Assembly: GCF_006345805.1 (NCBI RefSeq)
Contig: NC_043012.1
Coordinates: 54,684,001-54,748,000, forward strand
DNA: 64,000 nucleotides
DNA from: Octopus sinensis
Taxonomy: Eukaryota
Reading direction: 5' to 3'
In this document: positions 36,796-50,436 of the stretch, in pieces
How positions within the stretch are numbered: position 1 is the first letter of the stretch
Layout of the letters: the number at the start of each line of letters is the position of its first letter
The notes under the pieces: generated by a model
Told to the model about the DNA's origin: nothing
The model's input: the letters and a program-made list of their open reading frames with translations, nothing else
Database searches by the model: none
Program-made: the position numbers and the translations under genes

Positions 36796-39700
36796 GTGAG
36801 TAATATTTAGATGTAAATCTGTAGAATTCTCAGGAATATATCTTTTATTTTAAAACAGTTTGTTTATAAAACAATAAAAACACCATTGATATGTAAGACA
36901 ACAGAGGAATGCCGTTATGTAGGAGAGATTAGGAAGGATAAAAGGGGAGGATTAAATACTGTTATTGGATAAATGAATCATTTAGTATTTAAACTGCTTT
37001 GTGTTCAAACTGGCCACATCCAGCCTCTTGCACCTGAGCTACAATGTCATTCTAAAATTAAGCAGTCACAACATCAAAATCTCAAAGCTATGCGATAATG
37101 CATGATTAATTAAAAACAGTGTGATTAAATAAGCATTACATCTGACAGAGTAATCCAAATGCTAAAGGGTTAAGGGAAGTCAAAAGAAGTTAAAAGCAAT
37201 TAAGAACAAGACAAGAAAAGGTAAGATGTTGTTTAGAAAAATTTTGAAAAAAAAAATTTTTTTTTTTTAATCTCAAAAAATGCTTAAAGAAAAGAGAAAA
37301 GATTGCTCAACAAAAAAGTTTTTTAAAATGTTAATAAATTTCACAAACTTCAAATACCATTGAAGAAACTTCAAAAACCTTCTTAGGTTTCTTCAAAACA
37401 AAGAAAAAGAAGGAAAAAAAGAAGAAAATTTTCTAAAGAACTTTTCATTTTTCTTGTCTGCTTCTTTATTGCTTTTTATCCTTTAGCATTCAGATTCATC
37501 ATCATCATCATCATCATCATTTAATGTCTGCTTTCTATGCTAGCATGGGTTGGACGATTTTGACTGAGGGCTGGCGAACCAGATGGCTGCACCAGGCTCC
37601 AATCTTGATTTGGCAGAGTTTCTACAGCTGGATGCCCTCCCTAACACCAACAACTCCGAGAGTGTAGTGGGTGCTTTTTACGTGCCACCGGCACGGGGTC
37701 CAGTCAGGCGATACGGGCAACGACCTCGCACAAATCTTTTTACACATGCCACCAGCACAGGTGCCAGTAAGGCGATGTTGGTAACGATCATGCTCAAATG
37801 GTGCTCTTTTACGTGCCACCGGCACGGAGGCCAGTTGGCTGATCTGGCGACGATCACGCTCGGATGGTGCTCTTGGCACCCTACTAGCACGGGCACAAGT
37901 GCCAGTAAGGCAACACTGGTAACGATCACACTCAAATGGTGCCTTTTATGTGTCACTGGCACGGAAGCCGGTCAGCCGCTCTGTCAACGATCACGTTCAT
38001 ATGGTGCTCTTTGCACCCCGCTAGTACGGATGCCAGTCATCGAATAGCCAAAATGTAATGCTTATTTCTCCAGATTGTTATGAATCAGCCATGCATTATC
38101 TCCTAGATACAAAATTTTTATGATGTGATTGTATATTTTTAGAATGGCATTGTTGGGTGGATGTGTGAAGCCAGATCTGGTTGATTTGAGCATAAAGCAG
38201 GTTGAATATTTGGGCCAGGTAGAGCTGGTTTAAATGCCAAAGCATTAATTTCCCCTAACTTAGGCATGGGAGTGGCTGTGTGGTAAGTAGCTTGCTTACG
38301 AACCACATGGTTCTGGGTTCAGTCCCACTGCATGGCACCTTGGGCAAGTGTCTCCTACTATAGCCTCGGGCTGACCAAAGCCTTGTGAGTGGATTTGGTA
38401 GATGGAAACTGAAAGAAGCCCATCGTATATATGTGTGTGTGTATATATATATATATATTATATATATATATATATATATTTATTTATTTATATATATATA
38501 TATGTGTGTGTGTGTATACGTTTGTGTGTCTGTGTTTGTCCTCCCAACGTTGCTCGACAACCGATGCTGGTGTGTTTACATCCCCGTAACTTAGCGGTTC
38601 GGCAAAAGAGACCAATAGAATAAGTACTAGGCTTACAAAGAATAAGTCCTGAGGTTGATTTGCTCGACTAAAGGCGGTGCTCCAGCATGGCCACAGTCAA
38701 ATGACTGAAACAAGTAAAAGAATTACCTTAATTTATTCTGGTACAGTAATTCCTCCTCCTCCTCCTCCTTTACCTTCCTATCCTCTCCAACCAATGGTAT
38801 TACTCTGTTGTCTTACTATAACCATGTTGCCTAAGATCCACCAGCATATTTATATGTCGATCTGTAAGCCTTTGCATCTTACCAGAAAACATCATTTTGT
38901 GAAAAAAAAAAAAGAAGTCATATCTGAAATAAACCAGTCTTTTTAACCAAAAAGGAAACTACTTTATGTTATTTTCATTAAGATATCAACTTTATTAACC
39001 CTTTTGTTAACATATTTCTCTTGAAAAACATTTCCTTTGTTGCAATTGATTCTGAAAAATAAAGAATTTAATAAATGGCATTGTCATTATAAGACTGTTT
39101 GAAGCATAAATTGCTATGAAATTTTGATGAAAGGTTTTTAGTTTAAATTACTTTGGAGAAGGAAAATTACATCAGAATCTAGAGCAGTTTTAGGCAGGTG
39201 TATATCAAAAGAGTGAAGGTTTATTTATAACAGGCTCATCAAACACATAGGTTGTTTGTGGCCTTTTTCAAACACAAATGCAGCCTGCAAGTGGCATAGC
39301 TGGAGGTTTAAAAATATGAGACCCAAAACATTTTAAATAATGCAAATGGTTAATAATAATTTGATTAATAAAAATAGGATTAATGGTGAGCAAGCAAAAG
39401 GCTTTAACTCTTTCGCATTTGGATTACTCTTCCAAATTGCTTGCGAAGACTTGTTGAGGCAAGTGAAATCGAAATCAAATCCAATGACTGGCATCCGTGC
39501 TAGTGGAGTGCTAAGAGCACCATCTGAGCATGATCATTGCCAGAGCAGCTAACTGGCTTCTGTGCTGGTAGCACATAAAAAGCACCATTCGAGCATAATC
39601 ATTACCAGTGTCACCTTACTGGCACGTGAAAAGACATTCAAGCAAGGTCGTTGCCAGTGCCACTGGACTGGCTCCTGTGCAGGTGGCACGTAAAAAACAC

Positions 39701-40707
39701 CATTTGAGCGTGGCCATTGCCAGTACCACCTGACTGGCCCACTTGCCAGTGGCACGTAAATGCACCTACTACACTCAGAGTGGTTGGCGTTTGGAAAGGC
39801 ATCCAGCTGTAGAAACTCTGCCAGATCAAGATTGGAGCCTGGTGCAGCCATCTGGTTCACCAGTCCTCAGTCAAATTATTCAACTCATGCTAGCATGGAA
39901 AGTGGACGTTAAACGATGATGATGATGATTTATTCACATTGTTTTGAATTGACCATGCAGTATCTTGTAGCTTCAAGATTTTGATGATGTGAATTGTTTA
40001 TTTTTAGAATGACATGGTAGGATAGACATGAGAAGCTGGTTGTGGCCCGTTTGAACATAAAATAGGTAGAATATTTGATTGGTTTGACGCTAAAGGGTTA
40101 AAAGATTTTTACTTAATAATAAAGCAAGGATATGATAGAAACCTTTGTTGTAAACATGTGGCTGTATGATGTGAGTATACCACTTGTGCTTGAGTTGGTT
40201 TGCTAACTGTTAGGAGCTGTATATAACTGCTGAAGTTGGGAGCTGACTGTTAGCTGTTGAGTGCTGGCTGTTATTTCTAGCATCAGAGATCAACAATTGT
40301 ACAGAGAAGGTAAAGTCGACCTCAGCAGAACTTGAACTCAGAACGTAGCGATGAGCGAAATACCGCTAAGCATTTTGTCCAGCACGCTGACAATTCTAAC
40401 AACCACAATGTAATAAAAATGAAATATCAGATGTTTTGGTGCATGACTTTTGGCCTACCCTGTATGGTGAAATAAGCGTCAAATAATTTTTTTAAAACAT
40501 TACAATGAAGTAATTCAAGTAATTCAATGTTTGTGTTTTTTATTTATGGAATTTTGTATAAGATTGACAAAAAGAATAAATTTCTTAAATAAATACATTA
40601 GGCGACCTAATAAATTATTTTTCAAGTTAATTCTCTGTTCCATAACTTTTGGAATTTTGTCAATAATTTATTTTATTAATTTCTTCTTTTTTTTGTGTTA
40701 ATTGTAG

Positions 40708-40765
40708 AGAAATTACTTCGAATATCTAACAAAGGAATTTGAAGATAACACGCTGCTTCCCAGAA
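40708..40765 (+). CDS. Probable tail exon (RNYFEYLTKEFEDNTLLPR)
   Basis: gtag acceptor, gtataa donor, phase 0-1, fits the next exon. Confidence 0.62.
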
Positions 40766-41497
40766 GTATAAAAATATTTTCACTTTTATTCTTTGACAGC
40801 TTTTTATTCTGTTAACTATGAAACAGCTATCGTTCATACATGCATGCATTCATTCATTCATTTTTAACCCTCTAGCATTCAAATTACTCTGTCAAATGTA
40901 ATGCTTATTTTTTCACTTTGTTTTGAATTAATCATGCATTATCTTGTAGCTTTAAAATATTTTGATGATGTGAATGTTTATTTTTAGAATGACATTGTAG
41001 GGTAGATGTGAAAGGTCCAATATGGCCAGTTTGAACATAGAACAGATAGGATATCTGGGCTGAAATCTGTTTTTCCATGCTAATATGGGTTAGATGAATA
41101 TATTACTGAGGCTTTGTTTTATTGCGAGATGTTCTAACTGACACAAGCTTTTACCTGATTTTCACTCAGGTAAGGAGTCTCTTATTCCATGAGAGAAATG
41201 AAAGAGTAAACTAAAAATATTGCTTCAGAAACAAAAATACCCAATAAACTTAGTAAATGAGGCCATGACAAAAGCAAAAGAAATCCTAGTCTCTCTCATA
41301 ATGAGAGCAAAGACAAAAGTAAAAACACAAATATTTATTTTGTAGTCATTTATAATCCTGGAAACTATAACAAGTTATATCCAGCCAAATAATGCCTTCC
41401 AATCTTGCACTAATCATTAAATCTCAGAAAATAATTTTTTAAATCCCAAATTATCAATAGCTAAAGCTACAACCACCAGATTTTAAAAGACTCTTAA

Positions 41498-41925
41498 TCA
41501 TCATCATCATCATCATCGTTTAATGTCCGCTTTCCATGCTAGCATGGGTTGGACGATTTGACTGAGGTCTGGCGAACCAGCCCATGTCACAGCCCATGTT
41601 TCACTGCCATGTAGCATGGCTGTTCGTACACATGCATCATACAGTCTACCTTTTACTCTGTGCGAGAGGCCCTTTGTCACCAACAGAGGTAAGAGCTCTC
41701 TGAACTTAACCAGGCTATTCTTATTCTAGCAGCTACACTTTCAGTGCACCCTCCCCCGCTACTGACTTGGTCACCTAGGTAACGGAAGCTATCAACTACT
41801 TCTAGTTTTTCTCCCTGGGATGTAGCGGAAGTTCTCTGCACATTTTCAGTGTTTATTGCTCCTGAGCATCTGCCACATACAAAAACTATCTTCCCAGTTA
41901 GCCTTCCTTTGATATTGCTGCACCT
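41498..41925 (-). mobile_element. Internally deleted RTE fragment
   Basis: RCSNIKGRLTGKIVFVCGRC...HGSETWAVT joined directly to the terminal ~85 nt and (gat)n. Confidence 0.8.
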
Positions 41926-42246
41926 CAAAGCAAAATTCACATCAGAAGAAATAATGCAGGTAAAAAAAAAATACGAAGGCTTTATTGTAGAAATTATGAT
42001 ATATTAAAACAGGCTAAAAACCAAAAGATTTAAGAATAAGAAGGAATTAAAGATTAACACAACGCGAATAGCAAAACAAAAGAAATCTCATCTACTGCAT
42101 CACATATCCAGAGCCCAATGAGAATTATAGGATCAAACAGGATCAAAATTTAATATGACAGGTTAGGGGTCATAAGTCAAAAGTTTATCTTTTAGAAATG
42201 TTCCATGTGGTGAACATCAAAGCATATGCGCAAATGAAAAATTCAG

Positions 42247-43329
42247 GTGATGACATCTATACAACACATAGCTGACTCTATCCACAACAGTATAAAAGTT
42301 ACCATAGACTACCCCTCTAAACACCCCAGTAAACGATTACCCGTCCTAGATACTGAGCTATGGATAGAAGATGCTATGGTTGATGGAACCATTAAACCCT
42401 GTATACTCCACTCACACTATCAGAAACCGATGGCTAATCCACTAGTCATCCGTAGTGACTCAGCTGTGTCGAATACTGCCAAACTCAACATCCTAGTGGC
42501 AGACTTAATTAGAGTAATGAGGAATGTATCACCACTATGCCAACCACAAGAACAACAACAACACATCCAGCACTACATATTCCGAATGCAACGCTCCGGA
42601 TACACACAAGACGATAGAGTCAGGGTGTACAAAAGAGCGAAAGCTAGATTCGAACGCATTCTAAGGGACGACGAAAACGGTATATGCCCCCTATACCGCA
42701 ACAAGTTCTGGAATAGGTTAGAGAGGGACACCAACAAAAGGATGAGAAACGATACTTGGTATGATAACAGGAAATTTCACGGAGTAATGTTCGTTGACGC
42801 CACACCTAAGAACGAGCTAAGTAAGGCATTCAAGAAAATCCTGCGCACTACTGGCCTTAAAATCAAAGTTGTAGAAAAGACAGGTAGGACTATCAAATTG
42901 GCATTATGCAGATCATATCCATTTGATAGAATCACCTGTCAAAGTAATTGTGCAGTATGTTCGACAAACCCACATGTAAACTGCAAAACCAAGGGCACTG
43001 TATACCAAATTGAGTGCCAAGAAGGAGCTTGCGCTACTAACCCAGAGTCATACATAGGTGAGACTTCTAGGAGTATCAATGATAGGTTCAAAAAACACCT
43101 GGACAACTACATTGAAAGGAAGCCAAACTCCATCTTCTACCAACATGCTGTAGACTGCCACAAGGGATCCTTAGGGAAACTTAAGTTGAACATCCTATCA
43201 ACACATCCCACCGATGCAATGTTGAGACAGGTCACAGAAGCTGTTTGTATACAAGAATACAAACCTACTCTCAACCGAAAATCCGAATGGAGTAACATCC
43301 AGATCCCATTCAGGAGGACCATTCTATAA
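42247..43329 (+). CDS. Penelope-like element polyprotein, 5'-truncated: RT C-terminus/thumb + Cys linker + GIY-YIG endonuclease
   Basis: LPVLD, YQKP, SGY; CxxxCxxC; GTVYQIEC...SYIGETSRSINDRFKKH...H...EA...P.LN; uninterrupted 360 aa. Confidence 0.9.
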   Translation: MMTSIQHIADSIHNSIKVTIDYPSKHPSKRLPVLDTELWIEDAMVDGTIKPCILHSHYQKPMANPLVIRSDSAVSNTAKLNILVADLIRVMRNVSPLCQPQEQQQHIQHYIFRMQRSGYTQDDRVRVYKRAKARFERILRDDENGICPLYRNKFWNRLERDTNKRMRNDTWYDNRKFHGVMFVDATPKNELSKAFKKILRTTGLKIKVVEKTGRTIKLALCRSYPFDRITCQSNCAVCSTNPHVNCKTKGTVYQIECQEGACATNPESYIGETSRSINDRFKKHLDNYIERKPNSIFYQHAVDCHKGSLGKLKLNILSTHPTDAMLRQVTEAVCIQEYKPTLNRKSEWSNIQIPFRRTIL

Positions 43330-44185
43330 CCACCCCTCTCTCTCTCGTTTACATGATGAGAAGAACAAACACCCACCCACACATATATATATGTGTGTGT
43401 GTCTATACAAACATATGTGTGTATATATACAACCTTCAACAAAGTAACAGTCATGTACACAACTTGGACGGACACATACCAGTACACGGACATACGTTCA
43501 CATGCACATACACATGTACACACACACAGACGCGTCTGCCCATTCTCCTAGATACTCACATACATACGTAGCACATGAGTACAAACATACATACATACCT
43601 ACGTATGGGCATACACACGTACATACGCACGTACATGTACGCACACACATACATAGGCACATGCATACGTGCGCGTATACATACATACGCACATTTGTAC
43701 GTACGTGCATACACACATACATACATACACACATACATACGTATATATATTTAACCTGAAGTAACTAGATGTAAGGGATAAAAAAAAAATGAGAAAAAAA
43801 CAAGCAATAGTAAAACAAAAGTTTTGTGATATAGAGATAAATGTCTGATAATAGGTTTTAGAGTTTTGTTTTGGGGGTGAGGGTCGTAAATCACTTCCTA
43901 GTTTCGGCGGGGGAGGGGGAAGGTTGAAATTTGATATTATTGTGATGAGTGGTCAGTCTACATCTATCCGTCACTACAGGTTTATAGCTTTAAGTTTATA
44001 GTGTGTAAGTGCGTGCATATACACACACACATACATACACAGATACATACACACAGGCGTATGTACGTAAATACATACATACATGCATGCAGGCATACAT
44101 GCGTGTATACATACATACACACACACATACATACGTACATATATATGATGAACTAACTGTTACTTTCTCAGATGCAGCACGGATT

Positions 44186-44235
44186 TTTGTCAGTGAACAG
44201 GTCGCGGATTATAGCGACGAAAATATTTTGACAAA
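44186..44235 (+). ncRNA. Hammerhead ribozyme motif (G3:C8 variant) in the Penelope 3' pseudo-LTR
   Basis: tttgtca-GTGAACA-g-gtcgc(ggattata)gcgac-GAAA-atat-TT-tgacaaa. Confidence 0.68.
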
Positions 44236-44622
44236 TTAAACTTAAATGTTGAAGTGAATCGAACAGCTTTTGTGTGTTTCTTAAATGCTTACAAACACCT
44301 TCCACGCTGCAATTGTCAAAATATTCCCTTTTTTCAAAATAAAGGAAGGAAATGATAAACTATGTAAATCAAAAGGACAATACTCTTTAGGAATTCTAAA
44401 CCAGAAATAGTCAACACTGCTACAAGAGGCAACTTTTGCTATACACATTATCCCATAACACATGCACTTCAAAAGCACATTCAGAGTGCTTCCTCTTCGA
44501 GAACAAAGATTTCTTTCATATGATTTATAGTTTTAAACTAAAGAAAATCTTTCTTCAAATATTGTGTCTGTATCAAGAATTCTTTTTAAAACTCCTCTTT
44601 TTTAAGTATGTCTTTATTTATG

Positions 44623-44663
<41 letters not shown>

Positions 44664-45181
44664 TGGAGGCACAATAGTCCAGTGGTTAGGGCAGCAGACT
44701 CGCGGTTTCGATTCCCAGACCGGGCGTTGTAAGTGTTTACCGATCAAAAACAGCTAAAAGCTTCATGAGGCTCCAGCAAGGGGTGGTGGCGATCCCTGCT
44801 GTACTCTTTCGCCACGACTTTCTCTCACTCTTTCTTCTGTTGGCCTGCTTGCTTAGCCAGCGGGGTGGCATCATTTGAAGGCTAAAACAGTGCGAAGCGC
44901 ATTGTGACCAGCGATGTGTAGCAACATCTGATAGTCTGGTCGGTCATGGTGATATATGTGTGTGTGTATGTGTGTGTATGTATATATGCATGCATGTGTG
45001 TGTGTGTATATATATGCATGTATGCACACTCATACCTGCACACCTATATGATGGTATGTAGAGATTTGAAAGGATATTTGGCTATTATTTCTAGCAGGTT
45101 GAGTCCCCAGCCAGAAGCTCTCTCATCGCTTCATTTTTCATTAGTGTTTCTTTCTTTTCTTTTGTCTTGTTTCGTTTCCAG

Positions 45182-45316
45182 AAACTCTTGCACTAAATAA
45201 CCGACAGATAGGCAAGAACCGTATTTTATTATGCAATAGGTCTACTGAACAGGCACCTGGCCTTCACGTTATTGGAAGAGGACAAGATCAAAGTCAAAAA
45301 AACACTCTGAAATCAA
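45182..45316 (+). CDS. Probable tail exon (TLALNNRQIGKNRILLCNRSTEQAPGLHVIGRGQDQSQKNTLKS)
   Basis: Long pyrimidine tract + ccag acceptor, gtaagt donor, 135 nt, open in phase 1-1. Confidence 0.75.
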
Positions 45317-47655
45317 GTAAGTAAAACTATTTGAGTACACAAAAATATAGGAACAGGCCTGGCTGTGTGTTTAACCCTTTAGCACTCAAATTACTCTGTC
45401 AATTACAATGCTTATTCATTCATATTGGTTTGAATGGGTCATGCATTATCTCATAGCTTTCATATTTTGATGATGTGATTTTTTATGATTTGAATGACAT
45501 TACTGGGTAGGTGGCCATATCTGGCCAGTTTGAATATAAAATGGATAGAATATTTTGGGTTGTATTTGTGACCAGTTTAAATGCTAAAGGTTTAAGAAGT
45601 TCATTTTGCAACATGGTTTCAGGTTCGGTCCCACTGTGCAGCGCCTTGGGACACTTCTAGTATAGCTCTGAGTCGACTAACCCCTTGTGAGTGGATTTGG
45701 TAGACTTAAAAAATAAGTATTGGGGTCAGTTTGGTTGAGTGAAACCCTTCAAACCCTGGCATGCCTGCTGTCCAAAGTAAAAAGATAAGCAGAAAATGAG
45801 GAAACCATAACAAATTCATGGAAAGATGAATATTTTCATTCATCTCTTTGTGTGTGTGTTTTTTTTTTTGAAATAAAAATAGCTGGTTTCAAATTTTGGC
45901 ACAAGGCCAGCAACTTCAGGGAGGGGCTAAGTTGATTGCATCAACCCTAGTGCTCAATTGGTACTTATTTTATTGACCCCCAAAAGGATGAAAGGCAAAA
46001 TTGACCCTGGCAACATTTGAAATGCTGGTAAGCATTTTCCCAGCTTGCTGCCTTACCAGGCTAATGAAAATTTTGATAGCCATCTTAATTAGCTTGATTA
46101 GTGTATTGGACATGGTTATACATTTTAATGAATCTATGCTTGTAAAATGGAGTCAGGTTAGGGATCTCACCACAAGCTGATGAGACCTGCTACTGGGACT
46201 GTGTAAACCAGAACTACTTGTTCTGTGGTCAGTGGCTAAACCAGCGCCCCCACTTGAATAGCTTGCTGCTCTTGTGAGGAGGGTTTCTGGGACACCCAGC
46301 TGGACTAAATACCTGTTGAGGATTGATTAGCTCCTTGTGGGGCAACAGGTATCCAGTTGGGGAAGAAAATGGCAAACCACGAAATATCTCTGCCAAGAAA
46401 ACACTATAAGAAAGTTCAAACAAAATAATGCTGTCTTCATCGAATGGGAGAATTTGCAATTGATTGGGAAAACTTTTGCTGTAGTGCCATCAATGTGCTG
46501 CCAAAAATGTACAATACATGATGATAACAATGTTTCATTGTCATCGTCGTCATCATTTAATGTCCGTTCTCTATGCTGGCATAGGTTTGACAGGAGTCGC
46601 AGAGCTGCAGTAGGTTTCATTTGTTTGTCTTGGCATGGTTTCTCCAGCTGGATGCCCTTCCTAATGCCAACCATTTTTACAGAGTGTACTGGGTGCTTTT
46701 AATGTGATATGGGCTTGGGCACTTTTACATGGCATTGGTATGAAGGAAATATTTTTCTTACAAACTTTATGTTTTCATTTTGTTCTAATAAATTTTGTTA
46801 TGACAAAGTGAGAAAAGGAAGGGCAGCCATGGCCTGTTGAAGGGTGTTTGAAACAAGTGGGAGGAAGGGATGTTGTGATCCTCTGATTGGTGATGTGAGG
46901 GAGGCAGTGATTCTTGGATTGGGAATGTGGTCCAAAAATTAGTGACAGAGTGGGCTTTGCTAAAGTCACCCAAGGGCCAAAGGATGTTGATAAACCAGGC
47001 AAGGAATTAATCTTTTTAATACTAACATACCTTAAGCTGCCTTTGGTCCTGATACAAACTTCTTGTTTAAAGTTATCTGGATTAAAATCTATCATGATCC
47101 AAACACCAGCTTAATAATGATTAAATTCTTTTACCAAATTCTTCATTATTTTCATAATAAACTGCAACAGAGACAGTGTTCTTCAACAGAAATATGGTAA
47201 CAAAAGGGTTAAGTCAGTCACTTAAGAACAGGAAGAGTCTGATGGGCTTCTGCCTGCTTACCCAATTTCACTCAAAATGCCAGGTCAATCAAAGACACGT
47301 GCCCAAGTTGCCGCAGAGTGGGATTGAACCAGAGCTACATCATTATAAAACAAACTTGTTAAATATATAACCAGGCATGGCTGTATGGCACCTTGGGCAA
47401 GTGTCAACTACTATAACCTCAAGCTGACCAAAAGCTTATGAGTGGATTTCGTAGATAGAAACTGAAAGAAGCCTACTGTGTGTGTGTATTACACACACAC
47501 ACACGCATATGGAAACCAAGCCACAACCAGCCATGGAACCTGGTGCAGCCCCTAGCCTTACCAGTTCCTGTCAAGCCATTCAGTCCATGCTAACATGGAA
47601 AATAGATGTTAAGTGATGATGATGATATACTTACATATATGTATGTATATGTATA

Positions 47656-47865
47656 CAGGGTGGCCCAAAAATAGGTTTTCAGTTATTCAACTATCTCTTT
47701 CACATTCATATATTAACAATTTAGATCTTAATTATAGAAAAAAATATGAAACTATGCTAATTCTATGCTAATTTAGTTAATTTTGTCAAGCTCCCTTTTC
47801 AGTTTGTAAGGCAGAAATTTAAAGTGCCTATGTGATAACTGTAAACCTTCTTTTGGACCACCCTG
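47656..47865. mobile_element. Tc1/mariner-type MITE
   Basis: TA flanks; TIR cagggtggcccaaaa / ttttggaccaccctg. Confidence 0.8.
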
Positions 47866-49585
47866 TATATGTGTGTATGTATCTTCTTATTTTTTTACTG
47901 CCTACAAGGGGCTACACACAGAGGGGACAAACAAGGACAGACAAAGGGATTAAATCGATTATATTGACCCCAGTGCGTAACTGGTACTTATTTAATCGAC
48001 CCCGAAAGGATGAAAGGCAAAGTTGACCTCAGCGGAATTTTGAACTGAGAACATAGCAGCAAACGAAATACCTCTAAACATTTCGTCCGGCATGCTAATG
48101 TTTCTGCCAGCCCACTGCCCCTTTTTTTTTATCTTTTATTTTTTTTTTTTTTTACCTTTTGATCTTTTTATATTATTTTATTTATTTATTTATTTTCTGT
48201 GTATGTGTCTTCTTGTCTGTATTTGTTCCTCCCCCATCACTTGACAACTGGTATTGGTATGTTTACCTTGGCATAACTTAGCAGTTTGGCAAAAACAAAC
48301 TGATAGAATAAGTACCAGACTAGCATAGCCACAGTCTAACAATTGAAACAAGTAAAAGAGGTAAAAAAAAAAGATAAAAGATGCCATGCGCACTTTATAT
48401 TCAACCCTTACGTTTCCATATTTCTATTGAAATATCCTGCCTTTGTTTCAGTTAATATTGGTTTCAAATTTTGGAACAAGGCCAGCAATTTCAAGAAAGA
48501 GGGTAAGTTGGTTACATTAAATGATACTTGATTGGTGTTTGTTTAAGCAATCTTGAAAGGATGAAAAGCAAAGTCAACCGTGACAGAATTTGAACTCAAA
48601 CTGCAAAGATACAATGAAATGCCTGTTAATATTTTGCCCAGCATGCTAATCCTTTCTATTATAGACACAAGAACTGAAATTTGAGGGAAGGGGACTAGTC
48701 GATCAACCCTAGTGTGTAACAGGTACTTAATTTATTGACCCTCAAAGGTTGAAAGACAAAGTCGACCTCGGCGGAATTTCAACTCAGAACGTAACAACGG
48801 ACGAAATACCACGAAGCATTTCATCCAGCGTGCTAACGATTCTACCAGCTCACCGCCTTTTTGTTCTAATTAATATTGGCTTCAAGTTTTGGTAGAAAGC
48901 CAGCAAGTTCAGAGGAGGGGGTTTAGTGCCCAACTGCTATTTATTCAATCAACCATGAAGGGATGAAAGGCAAAGTTGACCTCAGCAGAATTTGAACTCT
49001 GAATGTAAAATCAGACGAAATCCTGCTAAGCATTTTGCCCAACATGCTAATGACTCTGCCAGCTTGCTGCTTTTTCCTTTCAATTAACATTGATAACAAT
49101 AAAGAATTCAGCAAAACAACTTGGTCATTATTAAGCTGGTATTCGGAGCATTGGCTCCTGTGCAGGTGGCACGTAAAAAACACCATTTGAGCATGGCTGT
49201 TGCCAGTACCACCTGACTGGCCCTCGTGCTGGTGGCATGTAAAAGCACCCACTACACTCTAGGAGTGGTTGGCGTTAGGAAGGGCATCCAGCTGTAGAAA
49301 CTCTGCCAGATCAGATTGGAGCCTGGTGCAGCCATCTGGTTCGCCAGCCCTCAGTCAAATCAGCCAACCCATGCTAGCATGGAAAGCGGATGTTAAACGA
49401 TGATGATGATGGATGTAAGATTTTAATTTAGATCACTTCAAAACAGTAAGTGTGTATCAGAGGACCACAGAGGCAGTCACGGGTGGGTTGGTATCAAAAG
49501 GGTGGAACACTAAACTTTGTTTTGATGTTATTTTTGTCTTGGCCTTGTGCCTACATTAGAAAAGATTGTTTTTGTCTTTGTTTAG

Positions 49586-49728
49586 ACGGTTTAATAAACA
49601 ATATACTTTGGAGAAATATCAAAGTAACATCCCCCGGCAAACTAATTATGAACAGAAGCAATATGCCACTGTCGAAAGCTTCTTCCAAACTGCTTAGTCA
49701 AAATGGAGATGAGAGGCATACACCATTG
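49586..49728 (+). CDS. Probable tail exon (GLINNILWRNIKVTSPGKL...DERHTPL)
   Basis: tttag acceptor, gtaagc donor, phase 1-0, open. Confidence 0.72.
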
Positions 49729-49790
49729 GTAAGCATCAACCGTTTCTAAAATTAAAATTCTGAATTTTAGTTCTGTATATATGTAGGTAC

Positions 49791-50050
49791 GGAGGCACGT
49801 GGCTTAGTGGTTAGGGTGTTGAACTCATGATCGTAAGGTTGTGGTTTCGATTCCTGGACTGGGCGATGCGTTGTGTTCTTAAGCAAAACACTTCATTCCA
49901 CGTTGCTCCAGTCCACTCAGCTGGCAAAAATGAGTAATGCTGTGATGGACAGGCATCCCGTCCAGCTGGAAAACACATACGCCATTGAAACCGGGAAACC
50001 GGTCCCATGAGACTGGCTAGGCTTTAAAAGGGCGCATTTATTTTATTATT
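49791..50050 (+). mobile_element. tRNA-derived SINE family D with 15-bp TSD
   Basis: TGGCTTAGTGG / GGTTTCGATTCC boxes; TSD tatataYgtaggtac at 49776-49790 and 50051-50065. Confidence 0.8.
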
Positions 50051-50436
50051 TATATACGTAGGTACTGGTGTGGCCGTGTGATTAAGCAGCTTGCTTCCCA
50101 ATCACTTGGTTCTGGGTTCAGTCACCCCATATAGCACCTTGAGCAAGTGTCTTCATCTATAGCCCTGGGCCAACCAAAATTTGTAAATGGATTTCATAGA
50201 ATGAAGCCCATCATGTGTCTGTGTGTCAATGTCTCTTTGTCTAGAGACATCGAGCAATTGTTGCAAACAAGTGTTACGGTTGTACAAGCAGTGGCTTTCA
50301 TTTCAAAACATCTGTGGAAACACGTTCAGCCAAGAGGAAGTAATACCTCTCTTGGAAACAGGTGAAGGTTGGCAACAGGAAGGGTATCTGGTTGGAGAAA
50401 ATTTACCTCAGTAAATTCTGTTTGATACATACAAAT

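Larger units (their letters stand above)
41220..44410 (+). mobile_element. Old Penelope-like element remnant split by two younger insertions
   Basis: Fragments KQKYPINLVNEAMTKAKEI, FVVIYNP, QPPDFKRLLI|KAKF, NLIYCIT, HICANEKF|KIFPFFKIKE..KP. Confidence 0.55.

Noticed and set aside
43330-44145. His/Thr/Tyr-rich ORFs after the Penelope ORF
   Set aside because: Degenerate (CA/TACA)n microsatellite sequence.
11921-45594. piggyBac-like MITEs often lying shortly downstream of exons
   Set aside because: Other copies are far from exons and TTAA is common in AT-rich flanks; too few cases to claim targeting.
46176-46200. CTGATGAG hammerhead half-core
   Set aside because: No matching stem II and GAAA downstream.
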